In this document: in pieces, positions 25,761-39,446 of the stretch
Layout of the letters: every line of letters starts with the position of its first letter
Position numbering within the stretch: the first letter of the stretch is position 1
Assembly (NCBI GenBank): GCA_002633005.1
Contig: NMRA01000669.1
Coordinates: forward strand, 16,396 to 80,395
Origin: Phoronis australis
Lineage: Eukaryota > Animalia > Phoronida
Reading direction: 5' to 3'
Length of the DNA: 64,000 nucleotides
Made by a program: the position numbers and the translations under genes
Notes under the pieces: generated by a model
What the model saw: only the letters and a program-made list of their open reading frames with translations
Database searches by the model: none
Told to the model about the DNA's origin: nothing

Positions 25761-27224
25761 TTTGGAAATAATACAATACGGCCAGTCATTCAGGAAAGAA
25801 CATAAGAAATACTTATCTCGAGATTGTTTATACCTGTCTCTATTGTGCCTGTATTGATTTCATAATAAAAGGGCTTGGGTAACAATAGGTATATCTCTGC
25901 CTGTTACTGAAGACCAAGGTACATCAGCTGGGAAAACACTGCTTTCAATCTTCTGTCAGCCAAACTTAGATACCTAAGTCTATTTCAGTTGGCAGTGCTT
26001 TATACGAACTTATTTCTTTTTATAAATGTAACACTTCGCTCTTATAGCATGAGGCACGCTTATCAAGAGTAAGAGAAGATGGCGAGTGGTTCAACTTTAA
26101 ACATTTGAAACGTACATAGCGAAAGGATGTTTTACGAATACCTTAATCTTAGCTGGGGCCAAAACAGAACTTTACTTTTAAACTTCGTTTGGTTTCTTAC
26201 TATGTAAAGGCCACCTTTGTTATAGTGTTATTTTTTAATTCAAGTTCGTACCCGACGCCACAGGATGCATCGTCTGAGCTTAGTCTCAGAACTCCCGCTT
26301 ACAGAGAAGTAAATAACTGGTGTCAAATTTATGATACTCTAGACTTAAATTGCATAGGACGTACCTGTCTACACTCAGGTCGTACCATTCTCTGACCCAC
26401 GTTAGTTGACCTAATCAACCGCGAGTCACATTGCAGTTCATTTTCAGGCGTAATAACAGTACACACGACCTTAATCGGGAGCATTTACGAAAAAGAACAT
26501 TTTGCCTCTCCAAAAGGGAAACATTGAAGAATATCCTTAAATGATTCAGAATTAAGTATTCACCAAGATGAGTTGAGAAATAACAATATGATTTTTTTCC
26601 TTTACTCAGATTGGGATGGTGGATACATGTACAGACATTTTCTTTCATTATCATGTTCGTATTTGGTTGAATTCGTAATTCCTGCAATTGGATTTCTATA
26701 AATAAACTCGTAGAAAACGATAATGGAATTAAATCTTTCATTTACATACACTCTGACTCAAAACGCACCACTTGCCATCAAAACAATCAGACCTAACAAA
26801 TGTAAAGCACGCGGTTTCAATACATATTATGCAAAAACACTCATACAGTAAAAATTCCCGAATTTAGGACACCCCCCTTTCTCTTTCAGAGCTACTATTT
26901 ACATTTCACTTTTAAAAACAGTCAGTCATGTTGGTCATTTTGCTTATACATGTATTGTTCGTTTTTTGACTTTGAAACTCGTACCCTAATCACACGTGTT
27001 GGCCAACCCAATCATTATCTCATCCGGCACGTTCAGCCAAGCCCATAAATAGCGACCACCTCATTTCAATCTGTAAAGTCACCATCACGCCTTCACGTGG
27101 TACAGACTGCGAGCGTTCCATAACGCGTAAGAAGCAGTCTGGTACGTAAGTCCTCTCCAACCTCATTTCTTTCCTTCAGTGTCATCATGTGAAACCGACT
27201 TGCCACTTGCCAGTGACGATTTCC

Positions 27225-27520
27225 GTGTTTGCCAAACGATGGATTAAAACGTAGTCACTGAATGAAATACCATGTTCAGTACTTACGTATTGAATTTCGA
27301 GTATCCGATATGTTAGTGTCTGCTGATGTGAGTCCTGCACAAAGGAAGAACTGTCGTAGAGGCCTAGCTACTGCCGTGGAGACCTAGCTATCAAGCGGCA
27401 GAAAAGGAATGAGATAAATACACCTCATTGGGGGAAATCCCATAGACTTAGGCCTACCTTCGCTGATTCTTCTGCCGCTAGGAGTCGTGTAGTGGAAAAA
27501 TCTCACCTCAGCTTGAGAGA
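27225..27520 (+). repeat. Dispersed repeat with structured-RNA-like motifs, second copy at about 60520-60780
   Basis: Shared AAAACGTAGTCACTGA, TCTGCTGAYGYGAGTCCT, GAGGCCTAGCTACT, GGGGAAA(A)TCCCA and TGCCGCTAGGAGTC. Confidence 0.7.
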
Positions 27521-27659
27521 GTTATCAGTCCCGGCTTATCTAACCATTAAATTTTTAAAAAAAGATTCGGGTGAATGCCATTAAAATACGCTATTGTTGT
27601 ACTCATGCTGTACTTAGTTAATTAGCTGGGAATAATATGAACATTATAGTCCGAGTTAA

Positions 27660-30600
27660 GAGTGATTCCATATAAAAACCAACAGGTAGAGTCTATACCC
27701 AAAATCACCGATTTTTTTGAAACTTAGCACATGAGTTTGGTTTGTTGAGATGTAGAAAAACCTCACTTTTTAAGAATTTTTATTCATTATTTTTCTTTTT
27801 ATGACCTGTACCTCCATTTTGCAACAAAATTAGGCTTCGAAGTAGGCAAGTTTGAATGCATTTTACTAGCATGTGTGGTAAGGTCAAAACAAATAAATAA
27901 TACGAATTGAAATGGAAGTGGCTGAATAATTTAATGGCATACCTTTTAAAATCCATTTTTAAATTTGTAAGTTTTGAATTTGTCGGTTATTTTTTAGGTT
28001 TTCACTGAAGCCATTTTCGGCCAAATTTGGCACTCTGTATCAGCCATAAAGCACCTTTCCTGAAATTGACTTTATAATAATTTGTTTAATCATTCCTAAC
28101 CTGTTCATAATCTAAAATAAAAAATCTTGCCTCTAATGCGGTTTTTGCGTACGAAGCATTACACGAACTGCACTTCGTCCTTTTGCATGTTCTCAGTTGC
28201 CTCTGCTGCCAATAGGGGGCTCTTGGAACATATAATTAGCTTGCGAAGCACGACATAAAAACCTTGTTTTTTGGAGAAAAGGCAGACAGCATTATTAATT
28301 ACAATTCTCTGAAAAGGCATTGATGATTATTGCTTACTACAAAAAATATGTAACGTAAATCAACTGCCATGCAACGTTCTAAATGATAGATGGCGCTGCT
28401 TTTGTTTACGCGGTGGAGACTGAAGACGCATCTAGAATAAGAGCAGTAAAAGGAGGACCTTGCTATGATTCAAGACTTTGCGAGATATTATTGTTCTGCA
28501 TTTTAAATGAGAACACGTGGTTTTGGATAAATTTTAGAGAGGTTCTAGTGTTACTGAACTCACCCCTGCCTTGACTTGTCAATAGTCTTTGTAACTTTGG
28601 GTTCATATTGTAATGTCCCTGCTGGTTGCTGCAAATTTTAGTCGCCACCAGTCGCCAGAAATCTGGTGTTCCCCCCACACACCGGGCACCCTAACGCTGA
28701 CTATTTCTGCCAGTGTGATCATCAGTGGTATAAAAAGGTACACATTCACAGTCAATAGAAAATAATCCACGAGAGACAATTTTATTAATGACTCATTCAT
28801 GACAGATATGAAGTAAACAGAAGTAACGGTCTCGACTTCATATATCACACATCTTTGACTGGTATGCTACAAAACTAGGCTAAACGTTGAGCTCATTTAC
28901 ATGTGCCACTTCATTCAGTAAATCTGACGACATAACAGAATCTTCAGCAGAAATAGCATTGTCATAAACATTGCTGCAGACAACTTCGAAAAAATCCACC
29001 AATCTGCGATTCACTTAATATCACAGGTAAACACTTTCCCAGTGGGTTCTCGTAACGTTTTCTCCATTTTGGCACTTCCGAGGGTGAACGTTTTTACTTG
29101 ACTTATCTCCTTCATCGAACATGTTTGTCAGAAAGTTCTTAACTTTTGCTGAAAATCTTGTTGACCTTTTACCTTTTTTCAATGCCTAACCTATTGCTTC
29201 AGCATTCGTCTCATCCAAATAGTACTCTGAGGCTGCCTCAAATGACGCTCCGGTTCTTGCATCTGAAAGCATTTCTGACCACTGTCGTGCGATGTGGTCA
29301 TACATGGTTTCCCTCTGTAAATGTTCCTTGTGGTTACCCACATCCAAATGCTGACCTACAGTAGTTCTGCGTCTGTAGCAAAAACTTTCGAGTAGCCTTG
29401 CTGGGTACAAGGGAACTTTTGTTGAGGCTCTTCACTAGATACAATGCCAACCTTAACTCTTGGTGCTGAAAATCTGCCATGTCTAGAAATGTTAGTGTAG
29501 TTTAGAGAAATAGGTATCGCATTTTCTCAGTATTTGTAAGAACTTACCGTCACCTACAATGGAATGATTTCCACACGCGAATTCCTTGGGTGGAATAGTG
29601 GGAATTTGGGAATGTGCTTATACCAGGAACTGATTATTTTGGAAAAGACTTTGTTGCATTGACTGAACATGCATACAGTAAACATAACATCCCTTCACAT
29701 GGCCACTGGAAAGTAATTCTTCTTTTAAATCCAGAAAATATATGATATTGCTACCTTCGGCTACAAAGTACTTTGCATGTTGTTTGGGTGGAGCGATCTT
29801 GCGATCACAGAGATCCTTTCCATTCTGACTTTCACTTAAGTCATATCTCGAAACAGAAATGCCGGTAAAATTTGACAAGGCTGCTACGTTCAGGAGGAGA
29901 GGTGTAGAGTGGTAACATCCAGCATTACCTGACTCTTCCATGACTGGTCCTGTTCAGTCAGAACTTCACCGACTCGGGGTAGTACGAGTCGGAACTCTGG
30001 CACAGGCCTTGCTTTGTGAGGTAGTTTACTGTATCTCAAATGTTCAGTGGTGTCTTTGACATAAGTCACTAAAGCACAAAGCTTTTTTGCAGAATAAACT
30101 CTAAAGGAACATGAAGGCCCATCGACATCGTCTGCCATTTTGTCTTTTTAAAATGCACTTGCTTCTCTCAACACCAGTCATTACAAATATCAATTCTTAC
30201 TCGTTTAATCTTAAAGGCATTTATTTCCGTTTAAAAGTTCTACAGAGTGTTTAAATTAACCTGATAATGTAAAAACTAAAAGAATACAAGAGGGTTACAC
30301 GTACATTTTTATATATCCACAAGCTTAACCTCAACTGTCTCCCTCAGTGGGCAAAGGTCATCGGGTTCAGTTTTGATACTAGTAGCGTAATAAACCCGGA
30401 AAACATCTTGTTTTCGTTTGAAAGAGCTTAGACTTGGTTTCTATAACTATTTAAAGCAGACTTCTTGCCTAAAAGTTTGTTCAAATGGTCTGTAAACTCT
30501 GCTCGTCGTTTCCAAATTATGAAAATAGACAGTTTTGCAAGACAATTTTCACTAAAGTGCAAAGTTGAGGCAAGATTTTTTAGTGCTCAGTCATCAATAC

Positions 30601-31058
30601 TAACTCTTTAACTGTATGTTCAAAACGTGACATAAGGCTACAAGGTGTTTTATGGCAGTAAGAAGGTCACAAAAATGGCCACATAAATTAGCCCCAAAAA
30701 GTGGTCTGTGGATTATCTCCCCTGTCTAGCACAAAAGTGTCAGATTTTAATAAATAGTACAGAATTATGCACAGTATACGTTGGTTATTTCAGTCACCAA
30801 AATATAGCTTTTGATCTATTTTGTATGTTACTCATTTTTTTGCTGAAAACATGCGATTTTTGAGACGGCTAATATGCCCAATTGTGCTAATTTGTGTTAT
30901 CATGCTCTAGCGGCGAAATTAGGGGTCATTGAGTGCACAAAATTTGGCATTTGGGTTTATGTTAGGATACCTACTCATGTACAAAAAATGAAGTTGTTTC
31001 AAATTTTGACGTATAGACTGATTTTTGAAAATCTACTGGCTTTTATATGGACTGTCTC
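27660..31058 (-). mobile_element. Sola3 DNA transposon, deleted copy 1
   Basis: GAG...CTC termini with TTAA on both flanks; transposase remnant SGNAGCYHS..RYDLSESQNGKDLCDRKIAP at 29618-29941. Confidence 0.85.
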
Positions 31059-31129
31059 TTAATTAGTTATACGACGCCAGAAATATCTGACATAGACAGT
31101 GCGCATGCGCAGCAAGCAGCTTCCCTACT

Positions 31130-32463
31130 CACGGGTGAGAAACAACATGACCGCCGGTCCTCTTACATCGGATCGACTCACCCAAAACATGACCCCCGGG
31201 GACTGAAACCGCAATGGCAAACAATTTTAAGATTTATCATCGATTGGCCTACAAAGATCATACAATGGAGCTATATACGTATGCATATGCAGGTCTTGTG
31301 CCAATTAATCCAACGAAATCTTTTGTGCGCTACAGGACACTTTGCTTTGTAACAAGCGGCGCTTTTGAGTTTTAACCACAAAGCAACCACGTTGCACGCT
31401 TTTGAGCTAAATAATTATAACTTTATCCAAAATGAATATTGTTTTCCCCAAAATGACGTTTTAGTCAAGAAAAAAAACTTGAAACGGGCGTTCTGGTTCT
31501 GGGGTGAGGCATCATAACTAGCCTTTGTGGGGCAAAGCAGTATACTAAATATACAGCTTGGCGCCGATGTGGGTAAAACACTGCACATGTAAAATTTTCA
31601 CCGATTTAGTGTTATTAACGACACTCTTCCTAGAGAAAACTAAATTGTTTATCGGCGCTCGCCGGGAAAATTTGTCGTTCTGTCGTTATTCTGCTTGAGA
31701 TGCCTTCTTTTAGGTCAGCTAACATTGACCAGTTCATTTTTTCACCGATTCTTCAGTCAACTTTTCATCTCTGGCGAGGTTGCGTACATCGCAAAACAAG
31801 TTATCGGAACTGATTTCATTTCGTCATAAGTTTCTAGTAGTTTAATACCAGCAAACCGAATTGCAGAACAAAGCGGTGCTGCTGCGAAGTTGAGTCATCA
31901 TCTTCCGAAAGATGTCGCAAAATTTAAGGAAATGGCGCGTGCTCATGTCACGAGCGCGACAAACTAATAGGCAAACAAATGATGATCATTAGATTGTTTT
32001 TCACTTGCAACCTGCAAGGTGAGTGTTGATTGACTCCTAGATTTTGCATGCGCCTGCTCCGCTCGCTAGCTCTACATGTTGATATAAGTTTCACGTGACG
32101 AGGTGACGAGCACAACTATACCCTGGTTGTGGGAAATTTCGGGGATGTAACGGAGCTCAATAACGCAGTGTTTCCAAGTTTTATTTTGGCGAGTCTTTTC
32201 ACAGCTAGCTGACCGGTTACGTCATAACCCGCAGTATCATACCTGGGAGTATATATTGGATCATACAAAGGCCTTGATAACTACTTTTTGTCCGGCGGTC
32301 ATGTTCAGTCCCCGGCGGTCCTGTTTTGTGGTGGGGCGGTCATGTTTTTAGGTGCGTCAGTTTCATTTTCTGGTGCGGCGGTCCCATTTGATCCCCGGAG
32401 GTCCTGTTTTGGGTGATTCAGTCCGATTTAGAGGACCGGCGGTCATGTTATTTCTCACCCGCG
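31130..32463. mobile_element. CAC-ended non-autonomous element (Transib-like)
   Basis: TIR CACGGGTGAGAAACAACATGACCGCCGGTCCTC (other end reads CGCGGG..); 5-bp flanks CTACT/CCACT. Confidence 0.7.
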
Positions 32464-34339
32464 CCACTGAAATACGCAGAATTGTGAGTCGACCAAGACC
32501 CTTTTGTAACGTTGACGTCATACTCATGCTGGCGCCCCCAGTGGAGGACATGAGACGTCACTAATCGAGTCCATGAGCCATAGCCCCTAGTGTTTTCAGT
32601 ACTACGCAGCTCATGGTCTATGGGCGGTGCACCGAGGGGTGGGGGGAGCTGAGGGGCTATACAGTAGCCCTGCACTTTTTCAGTGCTGCGCCGCCCATGG
32701 TACAACACAATAGTACATGTAGCTTAGATTAACTTTCGTCATAATTTAGGGTAACCTGGTTCCCGGGCCTCACAAGCTGACGTCACGGATTGCTTGTGAA
32801 GGCCCAGGTACAGGGCACTAGAACGATGGTTTTCATTGGCTGTCAGCTGGCAATTGTTCAGGTCGCTAGGTGTCGCGAGAGTAAAAGTTATTTTACGACT
32901 GGGTCGAGGTAGCTGTTTATATGTTGTGATATTACCAATAAACTGTAGTAAAATCATGTAATTATCGATTTCTTACTAGGAAAATAAACCTGAATTAACA
33001 ATGGCTTCACTCTTTTCACTTGGCATTTTTTTCAGTTTCATTATTTGAACGCTTTTTATGAATTGAAAACGTCCTGAAATCCTGGTAGACTTCCCTGCTG
33101 TAAGATGTAAGATCTTACAGCAGGGGATGACACAGGATTTCGAGTTAGGGGGTAGGGGTAAGGGCAGAGTATTTTGCACGTCAAACATTTGCACCCTCAA
33201 GCTGCTAAATGGAATCTGGGAGAATTTTAGGCAGGCCCGGCCATGGTCCCCTTGCCGCCCCGACCCCTACCCCCTATCCGTCTCTGTACAGTGTTACAGT
33301 AGATACTGCTGGCACCCAATTTCCACCACTTCGCAGCCTACACAGTATTCATCCCCTAGAACACCACAACTTTCGACCCTCCAGGTAGCCACGATTCTCA
33401 AGATACACCCCTCACCTCTTTGACATACTATTTTTTTCTTCCCAATTTCCCTTTTTAAGGTGGGACCCCACACGACTTGAGGGCCCTAAGCCATTCAGAT
33501 CACCTTGGGTATATTCGGGGCCTCAAATTTCTCATTGGAGGTGAATTTAACCTGCGTGATCTTCAAACTTAGTGGAGAATGATTGGCCATAAAGTTCGAG
33601 CATGCACTGAAAACATTAACTTCCAATGGCATCCAGAACACCTCGGGTGTTTTTGTAACCTCAGATTTCACCTAATAGGTGAATGCTCTCTGCAGGTTGA
33701 CTAGTTTAACTAGAAGTATACAGAATGCTGTTGGTGGTGGTGGTGTTGATCAGGCTTCTGCAGCAAAACTATTTAATTTGCTAGGAGATTAATTGAGGAG
33801 GCAGATCAAGCTGCATACGAATCAAGTGAGCATCATTGTTTGCGTATTGTAGTTTTGGCCTTGTAAATATATTGAATGAGTACTAGTAATATGATAGCCT
33901 CTTTTTAACACAGTGTAATTTGAACTGTTGAACCGATGCCTATTAAAGGCATCAGCATGTCACCTTTACCTTTACCTTGAGATCCCTCTACTGTGAGTAA
34001 CAATCATTTTCAGGTTATTTCTACTTGCATGACTAGGTGTTCATTGTTGTCACATTTATTGCATGAGTTAATAGAGAACTTACGGATGACTGGTTACTGA
34101 ATAATGAATCTTAAAAAACTATTTGAAAATGATACCATGCCGGGGTCCCTCGTTTTGCATGACCAAAACTCACCTGTGTGAATTTCAGCGTGATATTGTT
34201 TACGAATATGTGTGGTATTTGATATCCTGTAACGGGCCATATTCGATAGCTTTGTATTCTTTTGTTTAACATTTCAATGAATGATGTGTATTACAGGTGA
34301 AAACACATGTACATTGCAGGAGCAACAATATTTGGGTAC

Positions 34340-34543
34340 AATCAAAGTTTGACACATCATTTCACTTGGAGTGTATGATAAAGGCAAACTTCACGTGACA
34401 AGAGATGGCCGAATCAATGGGAGTTGGGTCCTCTACCATGTCACGTCGACTGAAGTGTGAAATAATTTCATTTCCACTGTTCAAGAATTGACACTGTCTC
34501 CTGACTAATGCTTAAGCTGCTACCAATTTCATGGTCAGGGCTT
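34340..34543 (+). pseudogene. HTH N-terminus of an IS3EU-like transposase
   Basis: KFDTSFHLECMIKANFT*QEMAESMGVGSSTMSRRLK, cut by the Sola3 insertion. Confidence 0.5.
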
Positions 34544-34547
34544 TTAA

Positions 34548-37500
34548 GAGACAGTCCATATAAAAACCAGTAGATTTTCAAAAATCAGTCAAAACGTCAA
34601 AATTTCATTTTTTGTACATGGGTAGGTATCCTAACATAAACCCAAATGCCAAATTTTGTGCACTCAATGACCCCTAATTTCGCCGCTGGAGCATGATAAC
34701 ACAAGTTGGCACAATTGGGCATATTAGCGGTCTCAAAAATCGCAGGTTTTCAGCAACAAAAATGAGTAACATACAAAATAGATCAAAAGCTATATTTTGG
34801 TGGCAAAAATAACCAACGTGTGCTGTACATAATTCTGTGCCATTTATTAAAATCTGACAGTTTTGTGCCAGACAGGGGAGATATTCCACATACCACTTTT
34901 TGGGGCTAATTTTAGTGTCCATTTTTGTGACCTTCTTACTGCCATAAAACACCTTGTGGCTTTATGTGACGTTATGAACGTACAGTTAAAGGGTTAGTCT
35001 TAATGACTGAGCAATAAAAAATCTTGCCTCAACTTTGCACCTTATTGAAAATTGTCTTGCAAAACTGTCTATTTTCATAGTTTGGAAATGACGAGCAGAG
35101 TTTACAGACCATTTGAATAAAGTTTTAGGCAAGAAGTCTGCTTTAAATAGTTATAGAAACCAAGTCTAAACTCTTCCAAATGAAAACAAGATGTTTTCCG
35201 GGTTTATTTACGTGGCTAGTATCAAAACTGAACCCGATGACCTTTGCCCACTGAGGGAGTCAGTTGAGGTTAAGCTTGAGGATATATTAAAAATGTACGT
35301 GTAACCTTCTTGTAGTCTTTCATTTATTTTACATTATCAGGTTAATTTAAACACTCTGTAGAAATTTTAAATGGAAATAATTGCCTTTAAGATTAAACGA
35401 GTGAGGATTGATATTTGTAATGACTGGTTTTGGAAGAAGCAAGTGCATTTTGAAAAGAAAAAATGGCGGACGATGTCGATGGGCCTTCATGTTCCTTTAG
35501 AGTTTATTCTGCAAACAATCCGATCACAAAAGCTTTGTGCTTTAGAGAGTTATGTCAAAGACACCACTGAACATTTGAGATACAGGAAACTACCTCACAA
35601 AGCAAGGCCTGTGCCAGAGTACGCACTCGTACTACCCAGAGTCGGTGAATTTCTGACTGAAAAGGACCAGTCATGGAAGAGTCAGGTAATGCTGGATGTT
35701 ACCACTCTGCTCCTCTCCTCCTGAACGTAGCAGCCTTGTCAAATTCTACCGGCATTTCTGTTTCGAGATATGACGTTAGTGAAAGTCAGAATGGAAAGGA
35801 TCTCTGTGATCGCAAGATTGCTCCACTCAAACAACACGCAAAGTATTTTGTAGCCGAAGGTAACAATATCATAAACTTTCTGGATTTGAAAGAAGCATTA
35901 CTTTCCAGTGGCCGTGTGAAGGGATGTTATGTGTATGCATGTTCAGTCAATGCAACAAAGTCTTTTCCAAAATACTCAGTTCCTGGTATAAGCACATTCC
36001 CAAATTCCCACTATTCCACCCAAGGAATTCGCGTGTGGAAATCATTCCATGTAGGTGACGATAAGTTCTTACAAATACTGAGAAAATGGGAAACCTATTT
36101 CTCTAAAATACACTAACATCTCTAGACATGGCGGATTTTCAACACCAAGAGTTAAGGTTGGCATTGTATCTAGTGAAGAGCCTCAACAAAAGTTCCCTTG
36201 TACCCAGCAAGGTTACTCGAAATTTTTTGCTACAGACGCAGAACTAGGTCAGCATTTGGATGTGGGTAACCACACTGAACATTTACAGAGGGAAACCACG
36301 TATGACCACATCGCACGACAGTGGTCAGAAATGCTCTCAGATGCAAGAACCGGAGCGTCATTTGAGGCAGCCTCAGAGTACTATTTGGATGAGACGAATG
36401 CTGAAGCAATAGGTTAGGCATTGAAAAAAGGTAAAAGGTCAACAAGATTTTCAGCAAAGGTTAAGAACTTTCTGACGAACATATTCGATGAAGGAGATAA
36501 GTCAGGTAAAAACCTTCACCCTCGGAAGTGCCAAAATGGAGAAAACATTACGAGAACCCACTGGTAAAGTGTTTACCTGTGATATTAAGTGAATCGCAGA
36601 TTGGTGGATTTTTTCGAGGTTGTCTGCAGCAATGTTTATGACGATGCAATTTCTGCTGAAGATGCTGTTATATCGTCAGATTTACTGAATGAAGTGGTAA
36701 ATGAGCTCAACGTTTAGCCTAGTTTTGTAGCATACCAGTCAAAGATGTGTGATATATGAAGTCGAGACCGTTACTTCTGTTTACTTCATGTCTGTCATGA
36801 ATGAGTCATTAATAAAATTGTCTCTCGTGAATTATTTTCTATTGACTGTGAATGTGTACCTTTTTATACCACTGATGATCACACTGACAGAAATATTCAG
36901 CGTTAGGGTGCCCGGTGTGTGGAGGGAACACCAGATTTCTGGCGACTGGTGGCGACTAAAATTTGTAGCAACCAGCAGGAACATTACAATATGAACCCAA
37001 AGTTACAATGACTATTGACAAGTTGAAGGATTTTTGCACTGAACACTAGGGGGCCATATCCACCTTGGGTGCCTTCCTTTGCCTGTGGCACGAACAAGGC
37101 AGATAGAAAACAAGGCAGGGGTGAGTTCAGTAACACTAGAACCTCTCTAAAATTTATCCAAAACCACGTGTTCTCATTTAAAATGCAGGGCAATATCTCG
37201 CGAAGTCTTGAATTATAGCAAGGTCCTCGTGTTACTGCTCTTATTCTAGATGCGTCTTCAGTCTCTACGTAAACAAAAACAGCGCCATCTATCATTTAGA
37301 ACCACGCATGCCAGTTGATTTACGTTACATATTTTATGTAATAAGCAATAATCATCAATGCCGTTTTCATAGAATGGTAATTAATAATGCTGTCTGACTT
37401 TCTCCAAAATACAAGGTTTTTATGTCGTGTTTCGCAAGCTAATTATATGTTCCAAGAGCCCCCTGTTGGCAGCAGAGGCAACTGAGAACATGCAAAAGGA

Positions 37501-38021
37501 CGAAGAGCAGTTCGTGTAATGCTTCGTACGCAAAAACTACATTAGAGGCAAGATTTTTTATTTTAGATTATGAACAGGTTAGGAATGACTAAACAAATTA
37601 TTATAAAGTCAATTTCAGGAAAGATGCGTTATGGCTGCTACAGAGTGCCAAATTTGGCCGAAAATGGCTTCAGTGAAAACCTAAAAAATAGCCGTTTTTG
37701 CCTCACAAATTCAAAACGTACAAATTTAAAAATGGATTTTGAAAGTTAAATTATTCAGCCATTGCCCTTTCAATTCGTATTATTCATTTATTTTGTCCTT
37801 ACCACACATGCTAGTAAAATGCATTCAAACATGCCTACTTCGACGCCCCAGTTTTGTTGCATAATGGAGGTACAGGTCATAAAAAGAAAAATAATGAATG
37901 AAAATTCTTAAAAAGTGAGGTTTTTCTACATCTCAACAAACCAAACTCATGTGCTAAGTTTCAAAAAAATCGGTAATTTGGGGTATAGACTCTACGTGTT
38001 GGTTTTTATATGGAGTCACTC
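34548..38021 (+). mobile_element. Sola3 DNA transposon, deleted copy 2 (inverted relative to copy 1)
   Basis: TTAA-GAGACAGTCC ... GGAGTCACTC-TTAA; ORF 35673-36116 NAGCYHS..GKDLCDRKIAP. Confidence 0.85.
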
Positions 38022-38103
38022 TTAATTAGTGGCGATTAATGCACTTGTATCATTTTGTGGTATAGTTAAGAATCTTTTAAAGATTGGTAAATCTCATCCA
38101 TGG

Positions 38104-38290
38104 CATAGGTGGATCGAGCGGGGGGTGCTACAACCTCCAACTGACAACTACGCAGGAAGTCTTAAAAAGTACTTCCCCATATTTTTTGTTCGCACCCATT
38201 TTCGAACTATTACGGACTTACTTTCTTTGGGTAATGTGATTATGATTACCTGCTGTCAGAGGGGGCCAGGCCCCCCTAAGTCCACCTATG
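38104..38290. repeat. Small MITE
   Basis: CATAGGTGGA ... TCCACCTATG inverted ends; same family as 66-120 and 12751. Confidence 0.55.
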
Positions 38291-39034
38291 CAGAGGTTGC
38301 GACGCGACTCAAACGTCTTGATACCGTTGTTTAACAGTGTCTTTCACAAATAGGCCCTAGCGGAGTGTTAAGAGTTGTCCCTAATGGAGGGTCTTGCGGC
38401 AACAAAAACCTATCCAGTTGAATTGATTTGAATTTAGAGCTTTAAAATTACGTCTTGAAATCGTTTTGAAGCTAACAACAGACACAGAGAAAAAAATTCA
38501 ATTCGCCAATGAGATTACTATGTTTCATTTACACAATTTCTGACCAAGAATCATCATTTCTCGAAAATCACACCCTAAATGGTGTGATCATGGCAAAAGT
38601 ATCCTTTTTGGCAAAAATGGCTGAAAAACAAACCAAGACCACGTAACACATTACATACTGGTTTACCAAATACAGTACCCATTCATGCGTTTCTTTTTAA
38701 AGGCGAAGGCAACCTTTTTCCATGTCATTTTGAGCTAAAATAAGGTTGGTTGGTTATCCAAGACATATTTTTCAATTAATTACAGCTTTTCGTAATTTTA
38801 TTAATTACTCGTCCGCTTTTCCGGAAGTGACGTTGTAGGAGGCAAGCGCTTCCCGCCACTTGGTTTTGCGTTGAGCTTACTGTGTGAATCTGTTCTATTC
38901 TACTTTTGTTTTGCGCTATTTTTCACCAATTGTCGCCACCACTTTCCATCGGCGAGTATTCTGCGGCAAGATAGGTTAGTAGAGAACTCAACTGCGTTGG
39001 ATTTAGGGATTGTTTAGTGTGTTGTAAGCTGAAA

Positions 39035-39346
39035 ATGGCTGGAGTCGGTGACCCGTATCACAGTGACAGTAGTGTGAGTGACGGAGACCTTGTTCACAGC
39101 AGTGGTGACGAGGAATTTTTTCACGGACATTCAGTGGGTGGGTACATGTTTGAGCCCGAGTACAACGAGGCAGAGTACACACAGGCACAGGCAGCTGTTG
39201 AGAGAAACGAGGCGGCTACTGAAGACAGACGTGGTGACACATCTTGGTGCAAATGCACTGTGTGCGTTGTTATGCCTACCTCAATTGAATGCTTGTGCTG
39301 TTCCGAGTTCCACATCAATTATCTTTTTGGTCTCTTCCTCCATTAG
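39035..39346 (+). CDS. KolX / P2X7-C-terminal-like Cys-rich protein, truncated
   Basis: GYMFEPEY..RRGDTSWCKCTVCVVMPTSIECLCC; the deletion junction near 39300 runs into antisense transposase sequence. Confidence 0.8.
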   Translation: MAGVGDPYHSDSSVSDGDLVHSSGDEEFFHGHSVGGYMFEPEYNEAEYTQAQAAVERNEAATEDRRGDTSWCKCTVCVVMPTSIECLCCSEFHINYLFGLFLH

Positions 39347-39446
39347 AGTGTATGTGGTATACTTGGCGGACCGCCCTGGTGAGTCAGACAAGTTCTCCTT
39401 CTCCATGAATTCCGCCACCAACTCGAGATGTTGTGACATGTATGCG

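Noticed and set aside
31059-38030. TTAATTAGT right of both Sola3 copies as evidence of an inversion or long TSD
   Set aside because: Only 5 bp beyond TTAA in AT-rich DNA and at non-equivalent ends; target preference or chance suffices.
39035-39346. Host P2X7 purinoceptor gene
   Set aside because: Lies inside Kolobok TIRs opposite a THAP transposase; it is the transposon accessory protein.
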